Below are positions 34,800 to 46,088 of a stretch of DNA of 64,000 nucleotides, in pieces (the first letter of the stretch is position 1; each line of letters begins with the position of its first letter). A model generated the notes under the pieces. It saw only the letters and a list, made by a program, of their open reading frames with translations. It was not told the DNA's origin and searched no databases. Origin of the DNA: an uncultured Acidimicrobiia bacterium (GTDB lineage: Bacteria > Acidobacteriota > Terriglobia > Versatilivoradales > Versatilivoraceae); assembly GCA_963786955.1 (NCBI GenBank), contig CAWBAT010000005.1:384001-448000 (forward strand). Direction: 5' to 3'. The position numbers were made by a program, and so were the translations under genes.

Positions 34800-35593
34800 A
34801 GCCCTCGGATAAGCTTCGATTTCCAAGCCTACCGGACAATGGTCAGAACCCATCACCTCCGGGGCGATCCATGCATTCTTGATTTTCGGAATCAGATCAT
34901 CGGTGGCGAAGAAATAATCGATTCTCCACCCCACATTGCGTTCTCGAGCACGGGTCATCATATCCCACCAGGTGTATTGATGCGGTTCGACATTAAAAGC
35001 CGAAAAGCGTCCACAAAACCCCTCCGAACAAGAGTATCGATCCATTCTCGTTCGATTTTCAAGAACCCTGAGATATTTTCATTTTCTTTTGGCCTGGCCA
35101 GATCAATCTCTTTGTGGGCGGTGTTGTAATCCCCGCAGATGAGCAATTTCTTACCCTTGTTTTCTCTGTTCTTCCCAATGGCTCAGGATCGTCTGATAGA
35201 AATCCATTTATAACTAAGTCTGACCTGGTCTCGTTTTCCGTTGGGGAAGTAGATGTTGTAGAGCGTGAAGGTTGGAAATTCCGTAACGAGAACCCTTCCT
35301 TCACAATCGAAATGCGGGACACCAAACCCATAACGGACGGAGAGAGGTTTTGTCCGGGTATAAGTGGCCACACCGCTATACCCTTTTCTCTCGGCAGAAA
35401 ACCAGTAACTCTGATAGTTGGGGATCTGCGTCAGTCGATCTTCCAGTTGCTCAAAATGCGCCTTCGTCTCCTGAAGGCATACAATATCGACGGACTGTTT
35501 CTCAAACCAATCGAGAAAACCCTTTTTCTGAATGGCACGAATCCCGTTTACGTTCCAAGAGAGGATTTTAATGGAAGGAGATTTTGTAGGCAT
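34800..35593 (-). CDS. xth: Exodeoxyribonuclease III (indels; 3' end uncertain)
   Basis: [49 protein letters not shown]. Confidence 0.92.
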
Positions 35594-35704
35594 AGTCTCC
35601 GTGTGCTCAAATAGACAGTCGTAATTGGGGATCGATCTTCAGCGAACAAGTCTTGGCTTCCTGCCCGCGGTGCCTGGTTCTAATAGGTATGAGATCACAA
35701 GCAA

Positions 35705-36662
35705 TTAAGATGAGGACCCGACGTCCACGCCAATCTTGTCTCCGAGTTCAAACAAGTAGACCCTTGCTTTGTCATATTCCTCGGCACTGGGCAGATGCTC
35801 CAGCATCAGCGGCGGGCGATGCGGCAAAGCCGCAAGCCGTTTCAAATAAGTGGGATAGTCAATCGATCCCATTCCGGGACGTACTTCCCGAAAATGGATA
35901 TTGTACTCCACTTCCCAGGAAAGATCTTTGGCATGACAACTGACAATCCAGGGACCGAGCTTGTCAAAGCATTCATTGAGAAGTTCCGTGTTCCGGTAGA
36001 AGCGCGTAGGACAATTTACGATATTACAAGGATCTAGATGCACACCGAACGCTTCCCGATCTACCGCTTTAAGTAATTTCAAAAAACTGTCAGGGGTGTC
36101 GGGAACTGTCCAGCCCATCATCTCGTAGCAGAATTTGGCCCGCTTCGGCTTTACCGCATCGATAATCTTTCGTGGCATTCTCAACCGCGGCATCGAAAAA
36201 GGGTTGCGACAAATTGTCCGGATGAGGCCCATACCAGACTTTTGTATTCAATGAACCTGCAATATCGACACAACACAAGGCCCCAACGCTCTCAGCGACC
36301 GCAAGCCCGTCGGTTACGAGTTCGAGGTTGGCTCGGCGTTTTTGGTGATCTGCGTCCATCAGATTGACCCACCTTCCTACTTCGGCGATCACAATTCCCT
36401 CTTTGACAAAAGCAGCCTCAATGTCGCGGAGACGTGCGGATTCGCTGGAGGAGACCTTAGGGCAATATGCGGCTCGATATCCAAGTTTCTTGTAGGCTCT
36501 GGCCAACTCTTCCGGATCCTCCGATTTAGAGAACAGGGGCCCTCCCAGCCGGATAGGATTTTCTGCGGACGGGGAAGCCAAAGTCCGTGCCATGCCGGCG
36601 TTTAGTCCGACGGAAATCGCTGCCCCCAGAGCAGTTTGACAAAATTCGCGCCGACGAATCAT
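35705..36662 (-). CDS. Tat-exported sugar phosphate isomerase/epimerase (xylose isomerase-like TIM barrel), frameshift near 36170
   Basis: RRREF Tat motif, YEMM, VHLDP.N, CHAKD, LMLEH. Confidence 0.8.
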
Positions 36663-36798
36663 GTTCCCTCCTAGAAATCATTAAACAAGGGAGGGATTCT
36701 AGCACAAGGGGGATGCGGGGGGCCTGAGGAGTCAATGAACGGTCAGGGGAATGGCCCTCAAGGTTTACTTTGAACAGCAATTTTGATATCGTGGAAAA

Positions 36799-36907
36799 CT
36801 AGCACTAAGTTGCACAAATCCGCGGTAATTGTTGTAGCCGGGGTCGTTGACCCCGGGCCATGAGCAGCGAGCCAACTACAACACGCGCTTCTACAACTTA
36901 GTACTAG
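36799..36907. mobile_element. MITE-like element with 16-bp terminal inverted repeats
   Basis: CTAGCACTAAGTTGCA vs reverse complement CTAGTACTAAGTTGTA (14/16); encloses a half copy of the GTAGCCGG REP. Confidence 0.6.
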
Positions 36908-36926
36908 GCCAATAAGGAGACAGAGT

Positions 36927-37676
36927 ATGTCGGGACATTCAAAATGGCATAGTATTAAACACAAGAAAGGCGCGGCGGATGCCAAGCGCGGAAAGATATT
37001 TACCACCACCATCAAAGAGATCACGGTTGCGGCGCGAATAGGCGGGGGTGATCCAGATGGTAATCCTCGGCTGCGAACCGTCATTGATAAAGCTAAAGCC
37101 GTGAATATGCCTGCTGAAAACATCAAGAGGGCAATTCAGAAGGGAACCGGTGAGCTCCCCGGCCAAGCCTATGAAGATGCCACCTACGAGGGCTATGGAC
37201 CAAGCGGAGTCGCTGTTCTGGTTGAAGTCGTAACGGATAACAAGAATCGAACCGTGTCTGACATCCGCCATGTCTTTAGTAAACATGGTGGCAATTTAGG
37301 CCAAACGGGTTCTGTTTCCCATTTGTTTCAGAAAAAGGGCTTGATCGTTGTCGACAAGACCAAAGCAAGTGAAGAAGATCTCATGGCGGTTGTCTTGGAC
37401 GCAGGCGCCGAAGATCTTAAGGATGCAGGGGATTCCTTCGAAATTTTGACAGCCCCAAAGGATTTCGAGGCGGTGGCTGCCGCTTTGAAGGCAAATCACA
37501 CGGAAACGCTCTCGGCTGAACTCTCCATGATCCCCATCACTTCCATGCGGCTTGAAGGGAAAGCAGCTCAGCAAATATTAAAGCTCATGGAGGCATTGGA
37601 AGATCATGAAGATGTCCAGAAGGTCTTCGCCAACTTTGATATTGACGATGCAGAAATGGAAGCCGTCGCTTCCTGA
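36927..37676 (+). CDS. yebC: YebC/PmpR family protein
   Basis: MSGHSKW..IKHKK, YEGYGP.G, TDNKNRT, EDHEDVQ.V. Confidence 0.95.
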   Translation: MSGHSKWHSIKHKKGAADAKRGKIFTTTIKEITVAARIGGGDPDGNPRLRTVIDKAKAVNMPAENIKRAIQKGTGELPGQAYEDATYEGYGPSGVAVLVEVVTDNKNRTVSDIRHVFSKHGGNLGQTGSVSHLFQKKGLIVVDKTKASEEDLMAVVLDAGAEDLKDAGDSFEILTAPKDFEAVAAALKANHTETLSAELSMIPITSMRLEGKAAQQILKLMEALEDHEDVQKVFANFDIDDAEMEAVAS

Positions 37677-37714
37677 ATTGAACAGTCCATCGGTATCTTT
37701 GCACTACTAAGAAA

Positions 37715-38252
37715 TTGGTGCATCCTTCCTCATTTACCAATCTTCGAGTACTCGGGATCGACTGCGGATCACAGACCACGGGCTATGGAATCGTGGAGAG
37801 TGACGGAGACAGGCATCAGCTTGTTTGCTCCGGTGTGATTCGGTTGCCGGCCAAGGAACCGTTCAGCAGGAAACTCCTCCGAATTCAGCAAGAAATAGAA
37901 AAATTGCTTGAGACCTACGGGCCGAGGTTCGCTCGCCGTCGAAGGCCAGTTCTACCTCACAAACTTCAAAAGTGTGTTGAAGCTGGGGCAAGTGAAAGGA
38001 GTCGTGCTCGTAACCGCGGCCAAAGGTGGAATACCGGTGTATGAATATAGTCCGCTCGAGATCAAGAACGCGGTGACGGGCTACGGCCGCGCAGATAAGA
38101 ACCAGGTGAGTCTCATGGTTAACCGGATTCTTCGCCTGGGAAACCTGTCCCAGCCTTTCGATGCATCAGATGCCTTGGCAGTTTCTATTTGTCATCTTCA
38201 TACCATAACCACTCGACAGAAAACGGAACTAGGGCGCTCCGTCAATGGTTAA
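37715..38252 (+). CDS. ruvC: Holliday junction resolvase (frameshift near 37925)
   Basis: VLGID.G...TGYG, EYSP..IK..VTGYGRADK.QV, DASDALAV. Confidence 0.92.
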
Positions 38253-38964
38253 AAGACATTTCCACATTCAAACCCCTGCCTATCGAGCATGTCAGAGATC
38301 GCGTGTTCTCTCCTTTTTTCTAATCCTATTCTTTTCTTTATTTCACGGCATTTCGAAAAGTACTGCTGCGACCAATGAGGCCTTCCGCTGTTCTTGGAAG
38401 ATTGTTCAATCTAGAGGGGCTTATCCCTTTTCCAGTATCGAATTGGATCAATCAGGAAACGGCCAGTTCCGTTTTCAGAAACTGGAAAGTTCGGTCATCA
38501 CTGTGGACTTCCATTTAAACCGTCCAAAGGTAGTTTCGCTCTACAATCTCTTTATTGAGTCGAATTTCCTGAACGAGTCAAAGAATTTCACCAGCCCAAG
38601 AAAAGTCGCTGACTTGGGAATGAAGACAATTCGCTTTGAAACAGGCAAGCAAACGCGAGAAGTGACATTCAATTTTACAGAAGACAAAAATCTTAGGGAG
38701 ATCAACAACTTCTTCGAAAACTTGGATGAACAAGAAAAATTCTTGTTTGAGCTAGAACTGGCATTGAAGCACGACCGGCTAGGGATTCCCAAGAGATTGG
38801 ATTTCCTGGAACGAGAGTTCAAGGCCAACAGGATTGTCGCGCCGGAGAGGTTTAGGCCAATTCTTGAAAAGATTAGCGAAGATGATTCGTTGATTAACCT
38901 GGCCCGGAAGGAAGCGCGGAAACTACTCTACAAGTTATCGAAGTTACAACCTGATGATAGCTGA
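38245..38964 (+). CDS. Exported hypothetical protein
   Basis: Intact ORF with hydrophobic N-terminal segment; overlaps ruvC stop. Confidence 0.65.
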   Translation: MVKRHFHIQTPAYRACQRSRVLSFFLILFFSLFHGISKSTAATNEAFRCSWKIVQSRGAYPFSSIELDQSGNGQFRFQKLESSVITVDFHLNRPKVVSLYNLFIESNFLNESKNFTSPRKVADLGMKTIRFETGKQTREVTFNFTEDKNLREINNFFENLDEQEKFLFELELALKHDRLGIPKRLDFLEREFKANRIVAPERFRPILEKISEDDSLINLARKEARKLLYKLSKLQPDDS

Positions 38965-39363
38965 TTTTTCGATACCGAAAAGCATAATAAACCTCGCTTA
39001 ATCAAAGATTTATAAAATTTGTATTCTAAGAATCTTGGTCGAAAAACGGTCCTTTAGCCCGGTTTTCGCGCCACCAGCGCTGCATGAGGGAATGCGGCCT
39101 ACAACCGCTGTAGGCATGACGCATTCTCAATGCTTCATCCCAACCCGGCGAACTACATTCCTCAGAACATAGTGTGTCTGTTTTCCACCTGTGGCGAGAG
39201 ATTCGGGTTAGGCTGGAGTTTAGGCATCACGCCAACGAGGCGGTCGCGAACCCAATGGTTAAGGGGACAGCTGCAGGCGTCTGTTTCTCCATTCGGCCAA
39301 TGGTAGATCCTGGGTTATTGAAGTCAAATCACCCTTGCTCGGTCAATTAAAACTGGTAATTAA

Positions 39364-39391
39364 TTGACATCCTATTCAGATGTTCTACCAT
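39364..39391 (+). promoter_or_regulatory. Sigma70 promoter TTGACA-N16-TACCAT
   Basis: About 50 nt upstream of ATG 39443. Confidence 0.6.
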
Positions 39392-39442
39392 CATTAATTA
39401 GTAGAGAAAATGTTAAGAATCCAGCCGGAAGGGGGTAAGACG

Positions 39443-41542
39443 ATGCACGCTAAGCTGCTTCCCGTAATCATTTTCTGTCTCCTCTTCGCCGGCGCGGCAG
39501 GCCTTGCTGAAGATCTTCCCCAAGCTCGAATTCTTCGTGCCAGTTTGGTCGAAGGAGACGTGACTTATCAACGCCCCGATCTCGATCGCTGGATCGACTT
39601 AAGTGTCAATACCCCCTTGCTTGAAGGGGACAAAGTCTGGGTAGGAAATAACGGGAGAACCGAAATTGAATTTGAAGATGGAACGTTCCTCCGCTTGAAC
39701 TCTGACAGCATTGTCGAATTATCCCACTGGGCTCCCGCAGTGGCTCGGAACAAATCGAGATGCAGTTCGTTCGCGGCATTGGTTCTTTTGAGATTCAGCC
39801 GTCAGGGATGATATTTGTCATTAACACCCCGCTGTTTTCCATGCGGGTCAAAGATGCCGCAAGCTTTCGCGTTGACCTCGAGGAAAACGGGACCGGACGC
39901 ATGGCGGTGTTCGATGGCAGCATCGAAGTAGCCGGGGATAAAGCGCACCTCTATGTCCGCAAAGGGGAAATCGTCCAATTCCAGAGTGAAGACCCGGACC
40001 GGTATTTTCTCTCTGCGGATTACCAGCAGGATGATTGGGATCGCTGGAACGAAGAACGGACTGCTTATATTGCGAAGCGACCGGATCGGTACCACGATGG
40101 TGACGTCGGATGGACAACGGCGGATATGGATGACGCAGGGAATTGGTACACCGATTCCGAATATGGAAGGGTCTGGAGTCCCGGTCTGGGTGCCGACTGG
40201 ACTCCTTACCGAAACGGACGCTGGGTTTGGTATGAAGATCTCGGCTGGACATGGGTTTCCTACGAATCTTGGGGGTGGATCCCTTACCACTATGGCCGCT
40301 GGACTTATTTAACATCCTATGGCTGGAGCTGGGTACCGGGGCAACCAAATGCTCCGTGGTGTCCGGGAGCCGTCAGTTGGATCGAAGGACCTAACTGGAT
40401 CGGCTGGGTGCCTTTGGCGCCTTCCGAACCCTGGTCCGCATATTCTTCAGGCAATGTCTTTATCTCGAAAAACTACCGGTATCGGCATGGGCGTACTTGC
40501 CTCCCGCGCGACTCCTTTTTAAATGGAACTCCTGTGGGGAATTTTGATCCTCCGGCAGATCCCTCCCACGCAGGAAGAGTCCTTTCAGGTCAACCCCGCT
40601 ATGCACCCACAACTGCTAGCAGACTGCCAGTGGTTACAGGCGCTTCGACTTCACCCTCACGGGTGTACAATAATGCAGACTTGGAGTCTCGGCGACTCAT
40701 GCGGGAACGGACTCTGAACCTTCAGGGTGCGACCTCCGGGGCTTCTGTCTCGTCAACTCCGACAAGAGGAGCTCCCGACTCCACTGCCGGCAATGCGGCA
40801 ACAACTCTCAGACAGGAACCTCGCCAAACTATTATCTTCAACCGCAAATTCCGGGGGCGGGACAATGTCTGTGCAAACCTCCGCCAATGGGGTTCGTACT
40901 TACATTATACGTGGAAGTTCTTCAGAAACGACGGCTCGAGAAGAGCAGGCACGGCAGAAACCCAAGATCGGCGAGACAATCCCTCAAACAGTTCCAACAC
41001 GTGATGCTGCGGCCGGACCGAGCCTCCCAAATAGTCGATTTGCCCAGACCCCTCAGGACGTTTCGACCCGTTCGCGCAATTCAGGTGCATCAACCAACGT
41101 CATAATTGTTGGCTCCGATCAACCTTCCGGGAGATCGAATGAAATGACGAACTCAGCTCAAGACCGATATCCTGCCCAGCCGAGAAGTCGTGAGGCAGCT
41201 TCCCCTCGCTATAATTTCTACACTCCTCCAGGGGCTCCAGCTCCTGCGGGTGCCCAAGCAGGGCCTTCCTATTCTGCGCCTCGAACGGAATCTGTGAGCC
41301 CAGCCCGTTCCCAGCCGGTTTCAAATTCCCCCTCGACATCCAGGCCACCCATTAATTCCACGGGCGGTACGGTTTATCGGTCTCCAACTGTTTCGACTCC
41401 AAGCCCACCCAGTTACCAAGCCACCTTCGAGTCAGCCAGCCACAAGCAGTAGTAATTCTCGTTCGGCTTCACCGGGGACGGCTCGACTGCTGCAGCGAAT
41501 GCGGATTCACGCGGAAGCAGCGGCACGAAATCAAGCCGATAA
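39443..41542 (+). CDS. FecR-domain / DUF6600-like protein with Pro/Ser-rich tail (indels)
   Basis: Signal peptide, FecR-like N-domain, W.PY..GRW.W....GWTWVS.E.WGW.PYHYGRW, IGWVPLAP. Confidence 0.78.
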
Positions 41543-41609
41543 AAAAGATCGCCCCTTTGATCCATCCAAATTCTGTAGCCAAGCTCGATGTTGTACGCAG
41601 GATCGTCGT

Positions 41610-41664
41610 TGTGGCCGGCTTCGGTGAAGCCGGCCTCTGGCCGGGATCGGCGATCCCGGCTACA
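41610..41664 (+). repeat. GTAG-type REP family A, copy 1
   Basis: Consensus TGTAGCCGGCCTCGGTGAGGCCGGCCC.TGACCGGGGTCAACGACCCCGGCTACA. Confidence 0.85.
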
Positions 41665-41701
41665 GCATTTCTCGGAGGTCCGCATTGTCGTTCTCTCCCA
41701 G

Positions 41702-43810
41702 TTACTTCAGCCCGAATTTAGCGCTACCCACCACTTCAGCTCCGATCTTTATGTCAACCCTGTACTTACCGGGACTCAATGAAGACGAACCCAGGTTGTA
41801 CACATATTGACAGCCATTGTTCCGGAAGTTGGAACCGGTATCCGCGGAACCTGTGTAGAGACTTTCATTGATCACACCCGGTGCTGCACCATCGGTGCGG
41901 GTCAACACCAGAGTAGCTGCCGGGAGCGAGCAGTTTGATACCCCACCAAAGGTCAAGGTGAACTTTAGTGGAATGACACCGCGATTAGCGTTGAACATGC
42001 TAGAACCATCAAGATTGACTGGTTGCTGAATCGTGCCGACATAGGCGGGTCGAGCCACCGCGAATGGCGAGAAGGATGTCACGCTGCCACAGATAATGTT
42101 GTTGACTGGGTCCTGTGAAACCGTAGTGTCCACCCAAGCATTTCCTTCATAATGGAACAGCTTCAGTCCGTTTTCGTCACTAAACTGGCTTCCATAATTT
42201 ATGCACACCGTCACTGGCCCTGTGAAGGTAGCTGTAGTAGATAGGTTGTAATAGACTTCAGGGATACCCACTTTAAATCCGACAGGAACGTCTCCCGGCC
42301 CAGTTGGAGGGGAAGAACTGGTGGTTAGGGTGACGCTACCGGGAGTTGTTACATTGTTGAAAGCTAATTGAACAGGACTTTCTCCCGATGCAGTGTCTAC
42401 AGGTTGTGCAACAACCCCAGGACCCACGGAGTTTTCCAGATTTAACATCCATAGTTCTCTGCCTACTCCGGTTCCATCGTCTGCGCTGAAATACAACACG
42501 GGATCAGCGTTCACAAATGTATTTGGGAACGAAGATAGCTGACCTAACGCGATATCTTTGACCATCCAAGTGCCTGCCTCCGTGCTATCACTTCTCCACA
42601 ACTCCTGGCCATGGACGCCATCGTCTGCATAAAAATAGAGCAGGTTGTTCGCTACGACTGCTTCTATTCCGCCTGTAATCCCACCTCCCATCGGATTGAT
42701 GGCCTTGACGACCACGGTCCCTGCATCGGTACCATCGGTTCTCCACAAAGCCCCATTGTTACCATTGCCTTCAATGAACAACAGTGTTCCGTTTACGACT
42801 GGAAACGTATTAGGTCGAATATTATCTTTGACTTTTAAAGTCCCTGCAGGAGTCCCGTCGCTCTTCCACAGACCCCACCCGTTGGCGAAGGCTGAAAAGA
42901 AAACTGTGTTATTTAGGGAACCCACCCATTCTATATAACCAAACTGGCCAAGGAGAGTGGTCCCGGAACCTGTACCATCGCTTTTCCACAACTGCGAGTA
43001 AGAACCCCAAATGTAAGCGTTCATATACAGGGTCCCATTCACATTCAGTAAATCAATGTAATTGTTATCTGGTGGTTGATGGATGTCTGTTATCATTTGG
43101 GTACCAGTGACAGTGCCATCACTTTTCCATACCTCTCGGCCTTCGGCTAGATAGGTATGGTTGGCATCAAAGGAAGAGGCGAAATAGAACGATGGTCCAA
43201 TGGATACAAACGAAGCCGCATCCCCCCACGGACCCCACCTTGCTGTTCCTTCGGGGGTACCATCGGTTCTCCACAGTTCGTCACCATGTATGTGATCGTT
43301 CGAGTTGAAATACATTTTCCCATCGAAAACAAACATATGAACCTCTTCACCCCCGGACTCCACGCCACTACTTAGTGAACCCTCAATCCCTATGTTGATA
43401 TCCGTGAACAAGACTGTTCCTGAAGAGGTGCCGTCGCTCTTCCATATCTCGTAACCATGAACTCCATCGTTTGCCACAAAAAATAATGTCCCATTCAGAT
43501 TGGAAAAATGCGTCGGATAAGAATTGCTTTCTCCTGGATAGATGTCTTTGACCAATATTGTCCCAGCGGGGGTGCCATCACTCTTCCATAGCTCTCTGCC
43601 GTGAATCCCATCGTACGCCGAGAAATAGACAATGTTCCCAATTTTCAGAAAAGGGTGTGGGTCCGAATTGCCATTATTCTCGATCGTGGGATTGATATCT
43701 TTCAAGAAAAGTGGAGTTTGTGCCTGGGTTTTGGTGAGGGACAGAAACAGAATCCCCAGAATCCAAACTACATACATGATTTCTTTTGCATCTTGCATTT
43801 TCTTCGTCAT
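41702..43810 (-). CDS. Secreted ELWxxDGT-repeat beta-propeller protein with C-terminal PxKF-like domain
   Basis: Repeated ELWKSDGT/LWRTDGT units; signal peptide; GVIPLKFTL. Confidence 0.88.
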   Translation of the reverse strand: MTKKMQDAKEIMYVVWILGILFLSLTKTQAQTPLFLKDINPTIENNGNSDPHPFLKIGNIVYFSAYDGIHGRELWKSDGTPAGTILVKDIYPGESNSYPTHFSNLNGTLFFVANDGVHGYEIWKSDGTSSGTVLFTDINIGIEGSLSSGVESGGEEVHMFVFDGKMYFNSNDHIHGDELWRTDGTPEGTARWGPWGDAASFVSIGPSFYFASSFDANHTYLAEGREVWKSDGTVTGTQMITDIHQPPDNNYIDLLNVNGTLYMNAYIWGSYSQLWKSDGTGSGTTLLGQFGYIEWVGSLNNTVFFSAFANGWGLWKSDGTPAGTLKVKDNIRPNTFPVVNGTLLFIEGNGNNGALWRTDGTDAGTVVVKAINPMGGGITGGIEAVVANNLLYFYADDGVHGQELWRSDSTEAGTWMVKDIALGQLSSFPNTFVNADPVLYFSADDGTGVGRELWMLNLENSVGPGVVAQPVDTASGESPVQLAFNNVTTPGSVTLTTSSSPPTGPGDVPVGFKVGIPEVYYNLSTTATFTGPVTVCINYGSQFSDENGLKLFHYEGNAWVDTTVSQDPVNNIICGSVTSFSPFAVARPAYVGTIQQPVNLDGSSMFNANRGVIPLKFTLTFGGVSNCSLPAATLVLTRTDGAAPGVINESLYTGSADTGSNFRNNGCQYVYNLGSSSLSPGKYRVDIKIGAEVVGSAKFGLK

Positions 43811-43900
43811 CTTAGTTCTCCTAATAGGGTTGATGGCAATAAACAATTTTGAAGACTTTCTGTTGCCATGGTTCTACGAATCATCACGAGAGCGCAGCAT

Positions 43901-44593
43901 TTATGGATTCGTCACGTCTATGGCGAAAGAAAAATAGTAGCTTCCCATGTCGAACTCAGTAGTATTTTTTGGTGTGGTGACAACTTTGACGAGCCTGCCA
44001 ATATTCTTTCTCTCGCCATTAGCTTGGATAGCAGTGGACTCGAATTTCCACTGATTACACTGATTTGTAGCTGGGACAACGCCTTTACAGGTAATCGTGG
44101 CTGGATCGGTTCCCGGTGAGAAGTTTCGACCGTCCATATTAATTCGATAATGAAAGCCACCGTACTCAAAACTTGGAAATAGTGGGCAAGTAACACTTGT
44201 CCCCACACCAATCATGTTCCGTATGTCGACATCATATTGGGTGCATTTGCAAATGAACCTCATTACCATTTGCTTATATACAAACGGGGGATTTGAAGTA
44301 GTGCCTGGAACTGAGTCGCGAAAGTCAATCAGTACAGTCCTGGTAGAAGAACTTGAACTGTCGGTGGCTAATTCCCAATCCCCAGTGCCCTTCTGGAAGT
44401 GCGATACTTGCGTTCTGGAATTCTTGTATGGACCAAGTTGGTCGCTCTGGATGCGCAAGGTGGGAGTCGTATTAAGTCCAACGCCTTCTATAGTGGTTGT
44501 GACAGTTATCTCTTTATTATTTTGTGCTACCGCAGTTAAAACTAAGGCTGAAAGGAGGAATAAGGACGCGAACAGCATTTTTGTTCTCAACAT
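43901..44593 (-). CDS. Secreted hypothetical protein, paralog 1
   Basis: RBS AAGGAGA, signal peptide, LRIQSDQ.G.YKNS, conserved Cys. Confidence 0.85.
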   Translation of the reverse strand: MLRTKMLFASLFLLSALVLTAVAQNNKEITVTTTIEGVGLNTTPTLRIQSDQLGPYKNSRTQVSHFQKGTGDWELATDSSSSSTRTVLIDFRDSVPGTTSNPPFVYKQMVMRFICKCTQYDVDIRNMIGVGTSVTCPLFPSFEYGGFHYRINMDGRNFSPGTDPATITCKGVVPATNQCNQWKFESTAIQANGERKNIGRLVKVVTTPKNTTEFDMGSYYFSFAIDVTNP

Positions 44594-44693
44594 GTGAGAG
44601 TCTCCTTAATTAAAATTAAAAGCGAAGTGCAGAATCTGCACATGGATTCGAATTTGTGAATAACAACTTCGTAAAGCTAATCAAGCGATCATC

Positions 44694-44759
44694 TGTATCC
44701 GGCCTTCCGCCGGCGGGCGGATGGCGAGCCCCTGACCGGGGTCAACGACCCCTGCTACA
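44694..44759 (+). repeat. REP family A, copy 2 (variant left arm)
   Basis: CCCCTGACCGGGGTCAACGACCCCTGCTACA. Confidence 0.75.
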
Positions 44760-44804
44760 ACAGATGTTCGGGAACTTCTGCCACTTATCACTGGAGCGCG
44801 ATAA

Positions 44805-45479
44805 TTACGGGTTTGTCACGTCTATGGTAAAAGAGAAATAATAGCTGCCCATATCCGTCTCAACATGTTTTGGTTTACTGACCACTTTGAGCAGCCTGCC
44901 TACATTCTTAGTCTCACCACCATAATCGCGAGAAGGTTCGATCTTCCACTGGATACATTGGTTTGTCGATGAACTAGTACCTAGGCAGGTAACCTTGGCA
45001 CGGTCGGTTCCTATTGAGGAATTTACGCCATCCATATCAATTCGATATTGATCCCCATTGAACTGGAAACTTGGAAACAGTGGGCAATACCCAATCTCGT
45101 TCAAACTCATGTACCGCATGTCAAAGCCATTGTTTTGAGTACATTTGCAGATGAATCTGGCCTGGATTTGGCCATAAGTAAAGGGGGCCGTAGGAGTTGT
45201 CCCCTCCACAGGTTCGCGAAAATCAAAAAGAACTGTTCTTGTGGAGCCAGTGGTGACTAACTCCCAATCTCCGTACGACTGGAGGTGCGATACTACCGCA
45301 CCTGAGTTCTTGTACTGACCGGCCTGGTCGCTTTGTATGCGCAAGGTGGGCAATCTATCGACTCCAAAGCCTTCTATCATCGTTGCAACCGGCGTATCTT
45401 TATTCTTTTGTCCTAAGGCCGTCATAACCATGGCGGAGCAAAGGAATAGGGAAGCAAACAACATTTTTCTTATTAACAT
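44805..45479 (-). CDS. Secreted hypothetical protein, paralog 2
   Basis: Aligns end to end with 43901..44593 (FICKCTQ, CPLFPSF, DMGSYYFSF.IDVTNP). Confidence 0.85.
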   Translation of the reverse strand: MLIRKMLFASLFLCSAMVMTALGQKNKDTPVATMIEGFGVDRLPTLRIQSDQAGQYKNSGAVVSHLQSYGDWELVTTGSTRTVLFDFREPVEGTTPTAPFTYGQIQARFICKCTQNNGFDMRYMSLNEIGYCPLFPSFQFNGDQYRIDMDGVNSSIGTDRAKVTCLGTSSSTNQCIQWKIEPSRDYGGETKNVGRLLKVVSKPKHVETDMGSYYFSFTIDVTNP

Positions 45480-45578
45480 TGGGGATTCTCCTTAATTGAA
45501 AAAAAAGTGATCAGCTGAATCTGAGCTTCGATTCGAATTTGTGAACAACAACTGCGTGAAGCTAATCAAGCGATCATC

Positions 45579-45634
45579 TGCAGCCGGCATCGGTGAAGCC
45601 GGCCCCTTGACCGGGGTCAACGACCCCGGCTACA
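45579..45634 (+). repeat. REP family A, copy 3 (partial copies follow to ~45741)
   Basis: Matches family consensus. Confidence 0.85.
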
Positions 45635-46014
45635 ACGCTTCAGGGGTTAGTCGATCCCGGCTACAACACTTCCAGGGTCTACGACCCCATGCCCGCATTG
45701 CCGGGGCCAATGAACCGAGGCGGTGCTGTAGCCGGGATCACTAATTCCACCCATGTGAAAGACGTTTTCATAACTCCCCCCAGGGACGGACCGCCGGACC
45801 GTCCGCGGCGCGCTCGGCGAGCACGCCCTACCAGGTATCTTCCCAAAACCAACGCATTACACCTTACCAACGAGCGCGCTCAAGTCCGGTCCCGTCTTGG
45901 CAGGGGATAAATGAACCCACCCCTGCACCCCTCCATTGGAGGGGAGTTTTCAAAAAGACCTGTGATATGATTTAGTTCAATTTTTCATTCCTTCGAATGT
46001 CATGGTTCTGTCTA

Positions 46015-46043
46015 ATAAGAGTCGGGACAACTGATTTTGTGAC
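46015..46043 (-). promoter_or_regulatory. Putative ECF promoter GTCACAAAAT-N10-GACTCTTAT facing the secreted-protein genes
   Basis: 19/19 identity with the motif at 46590..46618, same spacer length. Confidence 0.7.
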
Positions 46044-46088
46044 AGGCGCGCGAAAAATAATTGTATTGACCTGGAGAAACTCCGAAAA

